This document shows positions 1 through 7,832 of a stretch of 32,000 bases of DNA, piece by piece; position 1 is the first letter of the stretch; every line of letters begins with the position of its first letter. The position numbers and the translations under genes were made by a program. The stretch is taken from contig NC_005070.1 in assembly GCF_000195975.1 (NCBI RefSeq), positions 1,740,001-1,772,000 of the forward strand. The letters run 5' to 3'. This DNA is from Parasynechococcus marenigrum WH 8102. Lineage in GTDB: Bacteria > Cyanobacteriota > Cyanobacteriia > PCC-6307 > Cyanobiaceae. The notes below the pieces were generated by a model, which did no database searches, had not been told where the DNA came from, and saw only the letters and a program-made list of their open reading frames with translations.

Positions 1-171
1 ATTAACCATCGGGCCATCGTTACCGGCCAGCATCCCGAACCAACGCTGATAGATCTGGGCAGGGAACGTGGCCCCTGCTCCGGTGATCCGCCCAGACGCA
101 AAAGCAGAACCGCTCAGGCTGAGCAGGAGAACCGCGCCTGACACGACAGAAGGTCTGATCAGGTTGTTCAT
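1..171 (-). CDS. pstS: Phosphate ABC transporter substrate-binding protein, PstS/SphX family (5' part only; gene runs off window start)
   Basis: Minus-strand ATG at 171 (CAT 169-171) opens a frame that is still open at position 1. Translation is MNNLIRPSVVSGAVLLLSLSGSAFASGRITGAGATFPAQIYQRWFGMLAGNDGPMVN, a signal peptide followed by the GAGATFP..Y..W motif typical of PstS. It is not in the ORF track because only 57 codons lie in the window. Confidence 0.75.
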   Translation of the reverse strand, partial: MNNLIRPSVVSGAVLLLSLSGSAFASGRITGAGATFPAQIYQRWFGMLAGNDGPMVN

Positions 172-242
172 GCTCGGGTCAATACCTTCTGTGAATCGTA
201 AAGCGATCCAACCGAGTTGTCGTCCCCTTGAACGAAACTGAA

Positions 243-740
243 TCAGCGGTAATTCTCAAACTGCAGCGGCACATCCAACTCGTCTTCCTTGCTTTTGACC
301 AACTGGATCGCCGCCTGCAGATCGTCCTTGCTTTTGCCCGTAATCCGCACACTCTCCCCCTGAATCGCCACGGTGACTTTTTTCAGTTCATCCCGCACGA
401 TTTTGCTGAGCTTCTTGGCGATCTCCTGGCTGAGGCCCTTACGCAGTTTCACCACCTGCTTCACCCGATTGCCACCAACACTCTCTGGAGTTTGAAAATC
501 GAAGATCTTCAACGACAGATTGCGCTTGGTGGCCTTGGCCCGCAGCACATCCTCGACAGCTTGCAGCGTCATGTCACTGGCTGTGGTGATCACCAGTTCT
601 GTTTCCTCCAGCTGAATCTCCGTGTTGGAGTCCTTGAGGTCGTAGCGGTTGCCGACATCACGTCGCACCTGATCAAGGGTGTTGACCAGCTCCTGACGGT
701 CGAAGTCGGAGACCACATCAAAGGACGATGTGCTTGCCAT
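243..740 (-). CDS. yajQ: YajQ family (UPF0234) nucleotide / cyclic-di-GMP-binding protein
   Basis: ORF 243..782 trimmed to the internal ATG at 740 (MASTSSFDVVSDFDRQELVNTLDQ...). The ~165-aa length and the SFDVVS.D.QE..NA..Q N-terminus through the ...PLQFENYR C-terminus match the YajQ family. Confidence 0.85.
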   Translation of the reverse strand: MASTSSFDVVSDFDRQELVNTLDQVRRDVGNRYDLKDSNTEIQLEETELVITTASDMTLQAVEDVLRAKATKRNLSLKIFDFQTPESVGGNRVKQVVKLRKGLSQEIAKKLSKIVRDELKKVTVAIQGESVRITGKSKDDLQAAIQLVKSKEDELDVPLQFENYR

Positions 741-797
741 GACTCGCGTTCGTTCCAGCCTCCAGCTTAGAAAGGCCCCCATTCACGGCCTATATCC

Positions 798-1250
798 ATG
801 TCTCTGCTGCAGCTGTTCACCGCCACGGATGCCGCTCCCTACGCCTGGTCTCTGGTTTTAGCCGGCGGAACAGTTGTTGCCAGCATCATCCCCCTCGGGG
901 CGGCACGTTCGGCTGCCAATTTCGAAATGAAGGACATGGCCGCCCCCCGGGCGATGTTCGAGCGATTTCCTGCCTGGGGCAAACGGGCCAGCTGGGCCCA
1001 CCAGAACAGCTTCGAAGCCTTCACCCTTCACGCGCCAGCAGCAGTTCTTGCCCTGATCGCCGCACTGCACACCGGCCCCCTGCCTGGGCTCGCCCTCACC
1101 GCCGCCTTCCTCCATCCAGCTCTGAGGCTGGCTTACATCGCGGCTTACGTGGGAAATGTGCCCCCCGTCCGGGGGCTTTGCTGGGCCACGGGTCTGCTGT
1201 GCAGCGGAATTCTCTACAGCGAAGGGCTTAAAGCGTTCCTGAATGGTTGA
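798..1250 (+). CDS. MAPEG family membrane protein
   Basis: 150-aa ORF with ATG start and several hydrophobic helices. The HQNSFEAF motif is characteristic of MAPEG-type proteins. Confidence 0.7.
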   Translation: MSLLQLFTATDAAPYAWSLVLAGGTVVASIIPLGAARSAANFEMKDMAAPRAMFERFPAWGKRASWAHQNSFEAFTLHAPAAVLALIAALHTGPLPGLALTAAFLHPALRLAYIAAYVGNVPPVRGLCWATGLLCSGILYSEGLKAFLNG

Positions 1251-1260
1251 TCCAAGGTGA

Positions 1261-1794
1261 TCAATCGAAATACAGAAGACTCACCACTTTTCCCATGTCT
1301 TCCGCCGTTCTGGCGCTCGACAGCAGAGTTTCACTGTCATGAAAGGCAAGGCAGATCAGTTGATCACAGCGATTGATAATTTCCTGGTTGCAGAGGCTGC
1401 TGGCCATCGGCAATGGCAGATCGTCCTGTTCCGGCTTCTCGACCAGATGCAGCACTCGGTCGAGAAGGTCGCGGATTTCCGTGGGCTGCCGATCCAGGCT
1501 CTGGGGCAACAGCACAGTCAGTTGAGATGCATCCACATCCAAACAACCCCGGATCACAGCTGCGTTAACACCCTGTGAACCGGACGTGATCAGCGAGTGT
1601 CCTTCTTGCACCAACGAGCGGGCCACTAGCTGTACAAGGTGAATGGCCACAACGGGAACATGCCGGCTGCCAAGAATGGCGATCCGCCGTTTGCCCTTGT
1701 CCTGCAACAGAGCAAGTTCCTGCGCCAGGGTGTCGACCCGATCGAGGGCTGGAAGATCCAGTGACTGACCCAAGGACAACTCGCCGGCCTTCAT
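1261..1794 (-). CDS. DprA/Smf-like (DNA recombination-mediator protein A family) Rossmann-domain-only protein
   Basis: 177-aa ORF with ATG start. RIAILGSRHVP...LITSGSQGVNAAVIRGCL...LTVLLPQSL matches the DprA Rossmann core (iGsR...SG.A.GiD...H.gAL...vl..gl). It is far shorter than full-length DprA. Confidence 0.65.
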   Translation of the reverse strand: MKAGELSLGQSLDLPALDRVDTLAQELALLQDKGKRRIAILGSRHVPVVAIHLVQLVARSLVQEGHSLITSGSQGVNAAVIRGCLDVDASQLTVLLPQSLDRQPTEIRDLLDRVLHLVEKPEQDDLPLPMASSLCNQEIINRCDQLICLAFHDSETLLSSARTAEDMGKVVSLLYFD

Positions 1795-1810
1795 TGGAAG
1801 CTAGCAACCA

Positions 1811-2908
1811 TCAGGCGACGTGAACCGGCAGGTTCAGAGCTGAAAACAGGCGGTCCAAGCGACAGTGCTCTTCCACCAGACGGAAGGCATAGGTGGCCTT
1901 CACGGCCTCATGCAACCGCACATGGCCGAAGGCCTGTTCAATTACCTCCACCGTGGCCAGCGTGTCGTGGTCAACCTTGAGCAGCGGAACATCCAGCTCC
2001 TCCGCTCGGCTGATCAATTGCGGCAGCGGTTCACCGGCACCGGTGAGGATCAGACACTGGGTGGAAGCCTCCAAAGCAGCGAACTGGATGTCGGTGCGGT
2101 CCGCGCCAGTGACCACAGCCATGTTGCGGCGACGGCGGAAAAACTCCATGGCGGAATTCACATTCATCGCACCGATGCTGAGGGTCTCCACCAGCAACTC
2201 CTGGCGTTCCTCGCAGCAAATCACACGAGCGTTCAAGCGCCGCACCAATTCACCCACCGTGACGCTGCGCAGCAACGGTGAGCGCGGCATCACACCAAAC
2301 ACCGGTAAACCCAGGTTTTCAAGAGCTGGGACCACCTGCCGCTCGAGACTCTCCACCTCACCGGGAGTGACCGCATTCAGCACCACCCCCACCAAGCGAT
2401 TCCCCAGGGTCTGCTTGGCCGCCAGCAACGCATCAACACTGCAGCTGTCCTGCCAGAGGTGCACCAGCAGGACCCCGGCATCCAGGCCCTCCGCCAGCTG
2501 AGGCAGGCTCAAGCCGTACAGCAGTCCCTCTTGAAGGCTGCCAGCGCATTCCAGCAGGGTCAGCCCATCGTCATCAGCAATCTGCTGGCGCATGGCAGCG
2601 AAACCATCCCCAGCCTGCAGATCCCCCTGGCCGAGCCGCTGGGTCGCGGTGGTTGGAGACAGCAGGTGCAGGGACGGGATCAGCCGGTCGGCCGCGAGCC
2701 CCAGGGTCTCACTGACGAAGCGGACGTCGTCGTCAATCAGCGGCTGAGGCAGGGGACCCTTGTTGGGATCCCAATCCAGGCTCGTAGCCAGCGGTTTACC
2801 GAAGCGGACTTTTTGCCCCTCCTGCGTGAGCTTCTGAGCAATCCCGAGAACCAGAGCGGACTTACCGCTGAAGGGCTCACAGGATCCGATCAGCAGCGTC
2901 GTTCCCAT
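1811..2908 (-). CDS. Phosphotransacetylase-family protein (BioD-like P-loop N-domain + DRTGG domain, no PTA catalytic domain)
   Basis: The ORF 1811..2929 begins with TTG, so I trimmed it to the ATG at 2908 (MGTTLLIGSCEPFSGKSALVLG... = BioD/CobQ-like P-loop). The C-terminal part, ...AVVTGADRTDIQFAALEASTQCLILTGAG, resembles a DRTGG domain. Confidence 0.7.
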   Translation of the reverse strand: MGTTLLIGSCEPFSGKSALVLGIAQKLTQEGQKVRFGKPLATSLDWDPNKGPLPQPLIDDDVRFVSETLGLAADRLIPSLHLLSPTTATQRLGQGDLQAGDGFAAMRQQIADDDGLTLLECAGSLQEGLLYGLSLPQLAEGLDAGVLLVHLWQDSCSVDALLAAKQTLGNRLVGVVLNAVTPGEVESLERQVVPALENLGLPVFGVMPRSPLLRSVTVGELVRRLNARVICCEERQELLVETLSIGAMNVNSAMEFFRRRRNMAVVTGADRTDIQFAALEASTQCLILTGAGEPLPQLISRAEELDVPLLKVDHDTLATVEVIEQAFGHVRLHEAVKATYAFRLVEEHCRLDRLFSALNLPVHVA

Positions 2909-2934
2909 GAACCGCAGGTCTTTAGCCAACGAAT

Positions 2935-3357
2935 CTAAGTGTCACCACCCTCCAGGTCTGTACCAATGAGCAACCAAGTCCAGAACGCATCAGGAAGGTC
3001 CCGATTCCCTGCCTCCCCAATGGAGCAATCCATGAACCACACCACCAACTGATGGGTGACCAGCTCAAAGCGGTAGGGCTGGACAATGGTCCCCGGTAGA
3101 ACCAGTTGGCAGGTAGCGATCTCCAGAGGAGCAGGGCCGCCCTCCCAGCTGAGTTGAAAGGCATGCCCGTCCATACCCTCCCGTGGACGGACCCCCTGAA
3201 ACTCGCCCGCAAGCAGTGTCTGCAACGCGGAACGAAGATCCTGCTCTCGCGTCAGGCCGCCGCAGTAGGGCGCAAACAGGGCCAGGAGGGCAACATCAGT
3301 CACAGACGCGGACACCGGCGAGCGGTTGCCCACAAGGATGGCCCAAGCTGATCCCAT
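2935..3357 (-). CDS. Conserved hypothetical protein (start uncertain)
   Basis: The ORF 2935..3378 begins with TTG, and the first ATG is at 3357. In-frame GTGs at 3333, 3315 and 3303 are alternatives. The amino-acid composition looks protein-like and no domain is recognised. Confidence 0.45.
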   Translation of the reverse strand: MGSAWAILVGNRSPVSASVTDVALLALFAPYCGGLTREQDLRSALQTLLAGEFQGVRPREGMDGHAFQLSWEGGPAPLEIATCQLVLPGTIVQPYRFELVTHQLVVWFMDCSIGEAGNRDLPDAFWTWLLIGTDLEGGDT

Positions 3358-4087
3358 GGAACAGTCCCCAACAAGCAATCATCGCTGGAGTGGGAGCCGT
3401 GTCGGCATCACCGGAGCCCGCGGGGCTCTTGGTCAAGCGCTGGCCAGCCGTTTTCAACAGGCCGGTGCCGTGGTTACCGGGTTCACCCATGGGGATCCAC
3501 CCAGCGGAACCGACAGCCCAGTGGATCACTGGGTGTCTTGGAGCTGCGGCCAGGAGGAGGCTTTGGTGCCCCACCTCCGCGACCTGGACGTGCTGGTGCT
3601 GAACCACGGCATCAATCCTCAGGGTGATCAGCGCCCAGAGACGATGAGCAAGGCACTGGAGGTGAATGCCCTGAGCAGCTGGCGGATGCTGCGGTGCTGC
3701 GAGCATCTCTGCCGCGAACGAGCGACGCAGGCGCTTGAGGTGTGGGTCAACACCTCCGAAGCCGAAATTCAACCGGCCGTGAGCCCGGCCTATGAGCTGA
3801 GCAAACGATTGCTCGGACAACTGGTGAGCATGCGCGGGGCCACCCGCTCTGCTGAGGAGCGGTCACAGCTGGTGTTGCGCAAACTGGTTTTAGGCCCGTT
3901 CCGTTCCGACCTCAACCCCATCGGCGTGATGACCGCCGACTTCGTGGCAGGTCAGGTGCTTTGGCAAGCGTGCATGGGAGCCCGCTTGATCATCGTCACG
4001 CCGAACCCACTGACCTATGTGCTGATGCCGCTGACGGAAGTTGGACGACGGCTCTACAGCAGTAGCCTCAGTCACCCCGATCCGTGA
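3356..4087 (+). CDS. Short-chain dehydrogenase/reductase (SDR) family oxidoreductase
   Basis: The ORF 3326..4087 begins with TTG, with ATGs at 3338 and 3356. An N-terminal [10 protein letters not shown] glycine-rich NAD(P)-binding motif (TGxxxGxG) is followed by a ...LVLNHGI... (NNAG-like) segment and ...YELSK... (YxxxK). Confidence 0.7.
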   Translation: MEQSPTSNHRWSGSRVGITGARGALGQALASRFQQAGAVVTGFTHGDPPSGTDSPVDHWVSWSCGQEEALVPHLRDLDVLVLNHGINPQGDQRPETMSKALEVNALSSWRMLRCCEHLCRERATQALEVWVNTSEAEIQPAVSPAYELSKRLLGQLVSMRGATRSAEERSQLVLRKLVLGPFRSDLNPIGVMTADFVAGQVLWQACMGARLIIVTPNPLTYVLMPLTEVGRRLYSSSLSHPDP

Positions 4088-4907
4088 GGATTTCGCAGCC
4101 GTCACTGGTGACCAGAACGGTGTGTTCCCACTGAGCCGAGAGTGATCCATCACGGGTCACCACTGTCCAGCGATCCTTCAGCGTGCGGCAGGTCTTGCTG
4201 CCGGCGTTCAGGATCGGCTCGATCGCCAGCGTCATGCCTGGACGCAACGTGACATTCGGCAGTTCATCGGTGCGGAAGTTGAACACCGAAGGCTCCTCAT
4301 GCAGATTTCTGCCCACACCGTGACCCGTGTAGTCCTCGACGACGCTGAATCCGTTGGCCTTGACGTGGTCTTCAACGGCACCAGCGATGTCCAGAAGGGT
4401 GTTCCCAGCCTTGACCTGACTCAATCCAGCCATCAGCGATTCCTGGGCCACACGGCTAAGGGTCTGAGCCTCAGCCGATGACTCACCCACACAGACAGTG
4501 ATGCAGCTGTCGCCGTGGTACCCCTCGAAGTAGGCGCCGGTATCCACCTTCAGAAGGTCTCCTTTGTGAATCACCCGCTTGGCATTGGGAATGCCATGCA
4601 CCACTTCGTTGTTAATGCTGGCGCAGATGCTTGCGGGAAAGCCGTGGTAACCCTTGAAACTCGGAGTGGCGCCCATCTCTCGGATCCGCTTTTCGGCAAA
4701 GGCATCAAGCTCGCCGGTTGTCTGTCCCGGCTCAACCATGGACATCACTTCGCGCAGCACCGTGGCGACGATGCGACTGGCCTCGCGCATGATTTTGATC
4801 TCACGGGCCGATTTGATCTCCACTCCCCGACGCTTCTGAATCCGGGGTCCAGTGGCTGTTGCGCTCGGAGCCTGAGTGGTCGCCAGTAAGTCTGCGAATA
4901 AATTCAT
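4068..4907 (-). CDS. map: Type I methionine aminopeptidase
   Basis: Trimmed to the ATG at 4907 (MNLFADLL...). [18 protein letters not shown]..., ...VVHGIPN..., ...[13 protein letters not shown]..., ...[12 protein letters not shown]... and ...LAIEP... are the canonical MetAP metal-ligand blocks. Confidence 0.95.
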   Translation of the reverse strand: MNLFADLLATTQAPSATATGPRIQKRRGVEIKSAREIKIMREASRIVATVLREVMSMVEPGQTTGELDAFAEKRIREMGATPSFKGYHGFPASICASINNEVVHGIPNAKRVIHKGDLLKVDTGAYFEGYHGDSCITVCVGESSAEAQTLSRVAQESLMAGLSQVKAGNTLLDIAGAVEDHVKANGFSVVEDYTGHGVGRNLHEEPSVFNFRTDELPNVTLRPGMTLAIEPILNAGSKTCRTLKDRWTVVTRDGSLSAQWEHTVLVTSDGCEILTDRGD

Positions 4908-4961
4908 CAATCACCTTCTATATACGTCAGGCTATCAACTGCAACTCCTTCGAGGTTGGCC

Positions 4962-5246
4962 ATGAGCCTGCTTGTGCGGGTGCGCGAACTACATCGGGCC
5001 GTTGCCCCGTTGGTGTTGCTGCCGCTGTTCGTCACCGTTTGCTCAGGGGTTGGCTACCGACTTGCCCGCGACTGGTTGGGCTTTGAGCGTGACCAGGTGC
5101 ATTGGCTGATGACCCTGCACGAAGGGGAGTGGCTTGGCTCCACCCTGGAACCGGTGGTGGTGCTGCTGAACGCCCTGGGGCTGCTCTGGATGCTGATCAG
5201 TGGTGCCGGATTACTGATTCAACGCTGGCGTCGGAAGGTACACTGA
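4962..5246 (+). CDS. Small membrane protein, PepSY-associated TM-helix-like
   Basis: The ORF 4956 begins with TTG and the ATG is at 4962. It has two hydrophobic helices, an [14 protein letters not shown]... N-terminus and an HEGEWLG segment, as in PepSY_TM-type proteins. Confidence 0.5.
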   Translation: MSLLVRVRELHRAVAPLVLLPLFVTVCSGVGYRLARDWLGFERDQVHWLMTLHEGEWLGSTLEPVVVLLNALGLLWMLISGAGLLIQRWRRKVH

Positions 5247-5274
5247 TTGTTTGGCGATTCAACGCGGAGCTGGG

Positions 5275-5739
5275 ATGGCAGCCGATCCGAAGGACACGAC
5301 GGTGACGGACGAGAACACCGAAACCGCAGCTACGGCTGAGGTGGAGACCGTGGCAAGCGCTCCGACAAGCCCAGCTCAAAAGCTCAGCGCCGAAGCCTTG
5401 ATCAAGGCCTTCGAAACCGAGCAGATGAAGAGCGATCTGCCTGAGATCTACGTCGGCGACACCGTTCGTGTTGGCGTCCGCATCAGTGAGGGCAACAAAG
5501 AACGAGTTCAGCCCTACGAAGGGGTGGTGATCTCCAAGCGCCACGGCGGGATGAACCAGACGATCACAGTGCGCCGCATTTTTCAGGGCATCGGCGTGGA
5601 GCGGGTGTTCATGCTCCACAGCCCTCAGGTGGCCAACATCAAGGTTGAACGCCGCGGTAAAGTTCGTCGGGCGAAGCTTTTCTATCTGCGGGAACGGGTG
5701 GGCAAGGCCACCCGCGTGAAGCAGCGCTTCGATCGCTGA
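5275..5739 (+). CDS. rplS: 50S ribosomal protein L19 (with N-terminal low-complexity extension)
   Basis: ...[51 protein letters not shown]...[18 protein letters not shown]....[24 protein letters not shown] is collinear with bacterial L19. The ATG at 5275 is the first ATG, and GTGs at 5341 and 5350 are possible shorter starts. Confidence 0.9.
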   Translation: MAADPKDTTVTDENTETAATAEVETVASAPTSPAQKLSAEALIKAFETEQMKSDLPEIYVGDTVRVGVRISEGNKERVQPYEGVVISKRHGGMNQTITVRRIFQGIGVERVFMLHSPQVANIKVERRGKVRRAKLFYLRERVGKATRVKQRFDR

Positions 5740-5801
5740 GGTTTCGGCCTCGTTCAATCAAGTCGCCAGCATCCTCGATGTTGGCAGGGGTTCATCGCCT
5801 T

Positions 5802-5874
5802 GCGCCGTTAGTTCAGTTGGTAGAACGCAGGTCTCCAAAACCTGATGTCGGGGGTTCGAGTCCTCCACGGCGCG
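5802..5874 (+). tRNA. trnW: tRNA-Trp (anticodon CCA)
   Basis: Manual cloverleaf: acceptor GCGCCGT/ACGGCGC, D stem GTTC/GAAC, anticodon stem CAGGT/ACCTG with loop CTCCAAA (CCA at 5835-5837), T arm GGGGG-TTCGAGT-CCTCC, discriminator G. The 3' CCA is not encoded. Confidence 0.9.
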
Positions 5875-5912
5875 TCCGATGAACCCCGTTGTGTAGTTTC
5901 CCGGTTCTGAGC

Positions 5913-6101
5913 ATGGAGTTGGATCTTCAACCTGGTGATGTCGTGAAAGTGCTCGAGTCAGCCGCCCTCGGCTGGGTTCGTGCCCGCGTCATTCGCGTCA
6001 AATCAGGTGGACGCGTGGTCGTGCAGAGCGATCAAGGTCGGGAGTTCACCGCCCGAGGCAATCAAGTTCGGCTGATCGAGCCTGCGGGCTTCCGTCCCTG
6101 A
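5913..6101 (+). CDS. Small hypothetical protein (62 aa)
   Basis: ORF 5889..6101 trimmed to the ATG at 5913 (MELDLQPGDVVKVLESAALGWVRARVIRVKSGGRVVVQSDQGREF...). The pattern is beta-rich and SH3/Tudor-like, and a strong terminator follows directly. Confidence 0.5.
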   Translation: MELDLQPGDVVKVLESAALGWVRARVIRVKSGGRVVVQSDQGREFTARGNQVRLIEPAGFRP

Positions 6102-6125
6102 TCTCTGAGCGGATTCCTCCGCAAA

Positions 6126-6158
6126 CCCCCGATGACTCCGTCATCGGGGGTTTTGTTG
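6126..6158 (+). terminator. Rho-independent terminator
   Basis: Perfect 11-bp stem CCCCCGATGAC (6126-6136) / GTCATCGGGGG (6140-6150) with a 3-nt loop, followed by TTTTGTTG (6151-6158). Confidence 0.8.
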
Positions 6159-6206
6159 TGACCAAACCGCAACAATTCTGATCAGCACAGCATTTCAACG
6201 GAATTG

Positions 6207-6236
6207 TTGACGGAGGGCAGGGCGAGGGTCAATACT
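6207..6236 (+). promoter_or_regulatory. Candidate sigma70-type promoter for tRNA-Asp/gltX
   Basis: TTGACG (6207-6212), an 18-nt spacer, then AATACT (6231-6236; 4/6 match to TATAAT). It lies just downstream of a terminator and ~68 nt upstream of tRNA-Asp. This is a sequence match only. Confidence 0.25.
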
Positions 6237-6303
6237 AATTTGGTCGCGCAGGCGACACGGATCAGATTCCACAAGGCGAGTCCTTTGTGTCTGAGTCAGG
6301 TCT

Positions 6304-6377
6304 GGGACCGTAGTTCAACCGGTTAGAGCACCGCCCTGTCACGGCGGAAGTTGCGGGTTCGAATCCCGTCGGTCCCG
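6304..6377 (+). tRNA. trnD: tRNA-Asp (anticodon GTC)
   Basis: Manual cloverleaf: acceptor GGGACCG/CGGTCCC, D stem GTTC/GAGC, anticodon stem CCGCC/GGCGG with loop CTGTCAC (GTC), T arm GCGGG-TTCGAAT-CCCGT, discriminator G. No 3' CCA is encoded. Confidence 0.9.
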
Positions 6378-6398
6378 TTCTCACCACCCGAAACCGCA

Positions 6399-7832
6399 AT
6401 GGTGCGCGTTCGTCTGGCTCCCAGCCCCACGGGCACGCTTCACATCGGTACTGCGCGGACAGCCGTCTTCAATTGGTTGTATGCACGGCGCCAGCAGGGG
6501 TCGTTCCTGCTGAGAATCGAAGACACCGATAAAGAACGATCCAAGCCTGAATACACCCAAAACATTCTGGAGGGTTTGCGCTGGCTTGGGATCGACTGGG
6601 ATGAAGAGCCGTTGATCCAGAGCGAACAGGTGCAGCAGCACCGGGCCGCGATCGAAACGCTCTTGCAGAAGGGTCTGGCCTACCGCTGCTATGCCAACGA
6701 GGCTGAACTGGACGCCATGCGCGAGGCCCAAAAGGCCAGCAACCAGGCGCCGCGTTACGACAACCGTCACCGCAATCTCACCCCAGAACAGGAAGCGGCC
6801 TTCCAGTCGGAAGGACGGGAAGCCGTGATCCGTTTCCGGATCGATGACAACGCTGAGATCCGCTGGAACGACATGGTGCGTGGCGCCATGTCCTGGCGTG
6901 GTGCAGACCTCGGCGGTGACATGGTCGTGGCCCGCAGGGCTCCCGCCGATCAGATCGGAGATCCCCTCTACAACCTCGTGGTGGTGGTGGATGACGCCGC
7001 CATGGCCATCAGCCACGTGATCCGCGGCGAAGACCACATCGCCAACACCGCCAAGCAACTGCTGCTCTACGAGGCCCTCGACCTGCCGGCACCGACCTTC
7101 GCCCATGCCCCCCTGATCCTGAATGCCGAAGGCCGCAAGCTCTCTAAACGGGATGGTGTGACCTCAATCAATGACTTCCGCACGATGGGGTACACCGCAG
7201 AAGCAATCGCTAACTACATGACCCTGCTGGGCTGGTCGGTGCCCGAAGGGATGGAGGAGCGCTTCACCCTGCCTGAAGCGGCAGCGGTGTTCAGCTTCGA
7301 TCGGGTGAACAAGGCCGGCGCTCGCTTTGATTGGGACAAACTCAACTGGCTCAACGGGCAGGTGCTGCACGCCCTGCCAGCGCAGCAGCTCCTGGATGAC
7401 CTTCGTCCGCTCTGGGCCGAGCAAGGTTGGACGCTACCGGACGACAGCAGCTGGGGGCTGGAGCTTTGCGAGTTGCTAGGACCATCCCTGACCCTGCTCA
7501 AGGAAGGCGTGGAGCAGGCGACGCCATTTTTTAAATGTCCTGATCTTGAAGACGATGGTGTGCGCCAGCTGGAAGCTGACGGAGCTCGGACCGCTGTAGC
7601 TCAACTGCTGCAGATCCTCGAGGCCGAGCCCTGGGATGGCAAGGACACCGATCGCGCCAAACAGCTTCTGGCGGATGCCGCCAAGGGGGCCGGCGTCAAG
7701 AAGGGCGTGGTGATGAAATCTCTTCGCGCAGCACTGCTCGGACGGCTGCAGGGTCCTGATCTGATCACCACCTGGTGTCTATTGGCCCGGATCGGGGAGG
7801 ACCTCCCCAGGTTGCAGCGTTGCCTCGCCTGA
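6399..7832 (+). CDS. gltX: Glutamate--tRNA ligase (glutamyl-tRNA synthetase)
   Basis: The ORF-track start at 6351 (TTG) lies inside tRNA-Asp, so I trimmed it to the ATG at 6399. [27 protein letters not shown] (HIGH motif) and ...KLSKRDG (KMSKS-type motif) are class I GluRS signatures. Confidence 0.95.
   Translation: MVRVRLAPSPTGTLHIGTARTAVFNWLYARRQQGSFLLRIEDTDKERSKPEYTQNILEGLRWLGIDWDEEPLIQSEQVQQHRAAIETLLQKGLAYRCYANEAELDAMREAQKASNQAPRYDNRHRNLTPEQEAAFQSEGREAVIRFRIDDNAEIRWNDMVRGAMSWRGADLGGDMVVARRAPADQIGDPLYNLVVVVDDAAMAISHVIRGEDHIANTAKQLLLYEALDLPAPTFAHAPLILNAEGRKLSKRDGVTSINDFRTMGYTAEAIANYMTLLGWSVPEGMEERFTLPEAAAVFSFDRVNKAGARFDWDKLNWLNGQVLHALPAQQLLDDLRPLWAEQGWTLPDDSSWGLELCELLGPSLTLLKEGVEQATPFFKCPDLEDDGVRQLEADGARTAVAQLLQILEAEPWDGKDTDRAKQLLADAAKGAGVKKGVVMKSLRAALLGRLQGPDLITTWCLLARIGEDLPRLQRCLA

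Noticed and set aside
172-242. Looked for Pho boxes (PyTTAAPyPy[T/A] repeats at 11-nt phasing) upstream of pstS.
   Set aside because: The 71-nt spacer (minus strand …GCTTTACGATTCACAGAAGGTATTGAC…) has no phased repeats matching the consensus. The promoter may lie inside yajQ or beyond what I can judge by eye.
6237-6303. Considered a glutamine riboswitch / Downstream-peptide-type or Yfr-type ncRNA in the tRNA-Asp leader.
   Set aside because: I cannot see the conserved ACGGAAG-type core or any other motif I can recall with confidence. Only generic small hairpins are present, and these are reported as an unclassified leader structure instead.
6351-6398. ORF-track N-terminal extensions: gltX from 6351, psaF from 13440, gmk from 15091, tatC from 16515, ldcA from 24452, GT9 from 25984, ispD from 26393, groEL from 29102, fabG from 28095, NFACT from 14876.
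   Set aside because: The extensions begin at TTG/GTG or distant ATGs and run through a tRNA or a neighbouring gene. They add junk-like residues before well-conserved family N-termini, and the internal starts fit the families.
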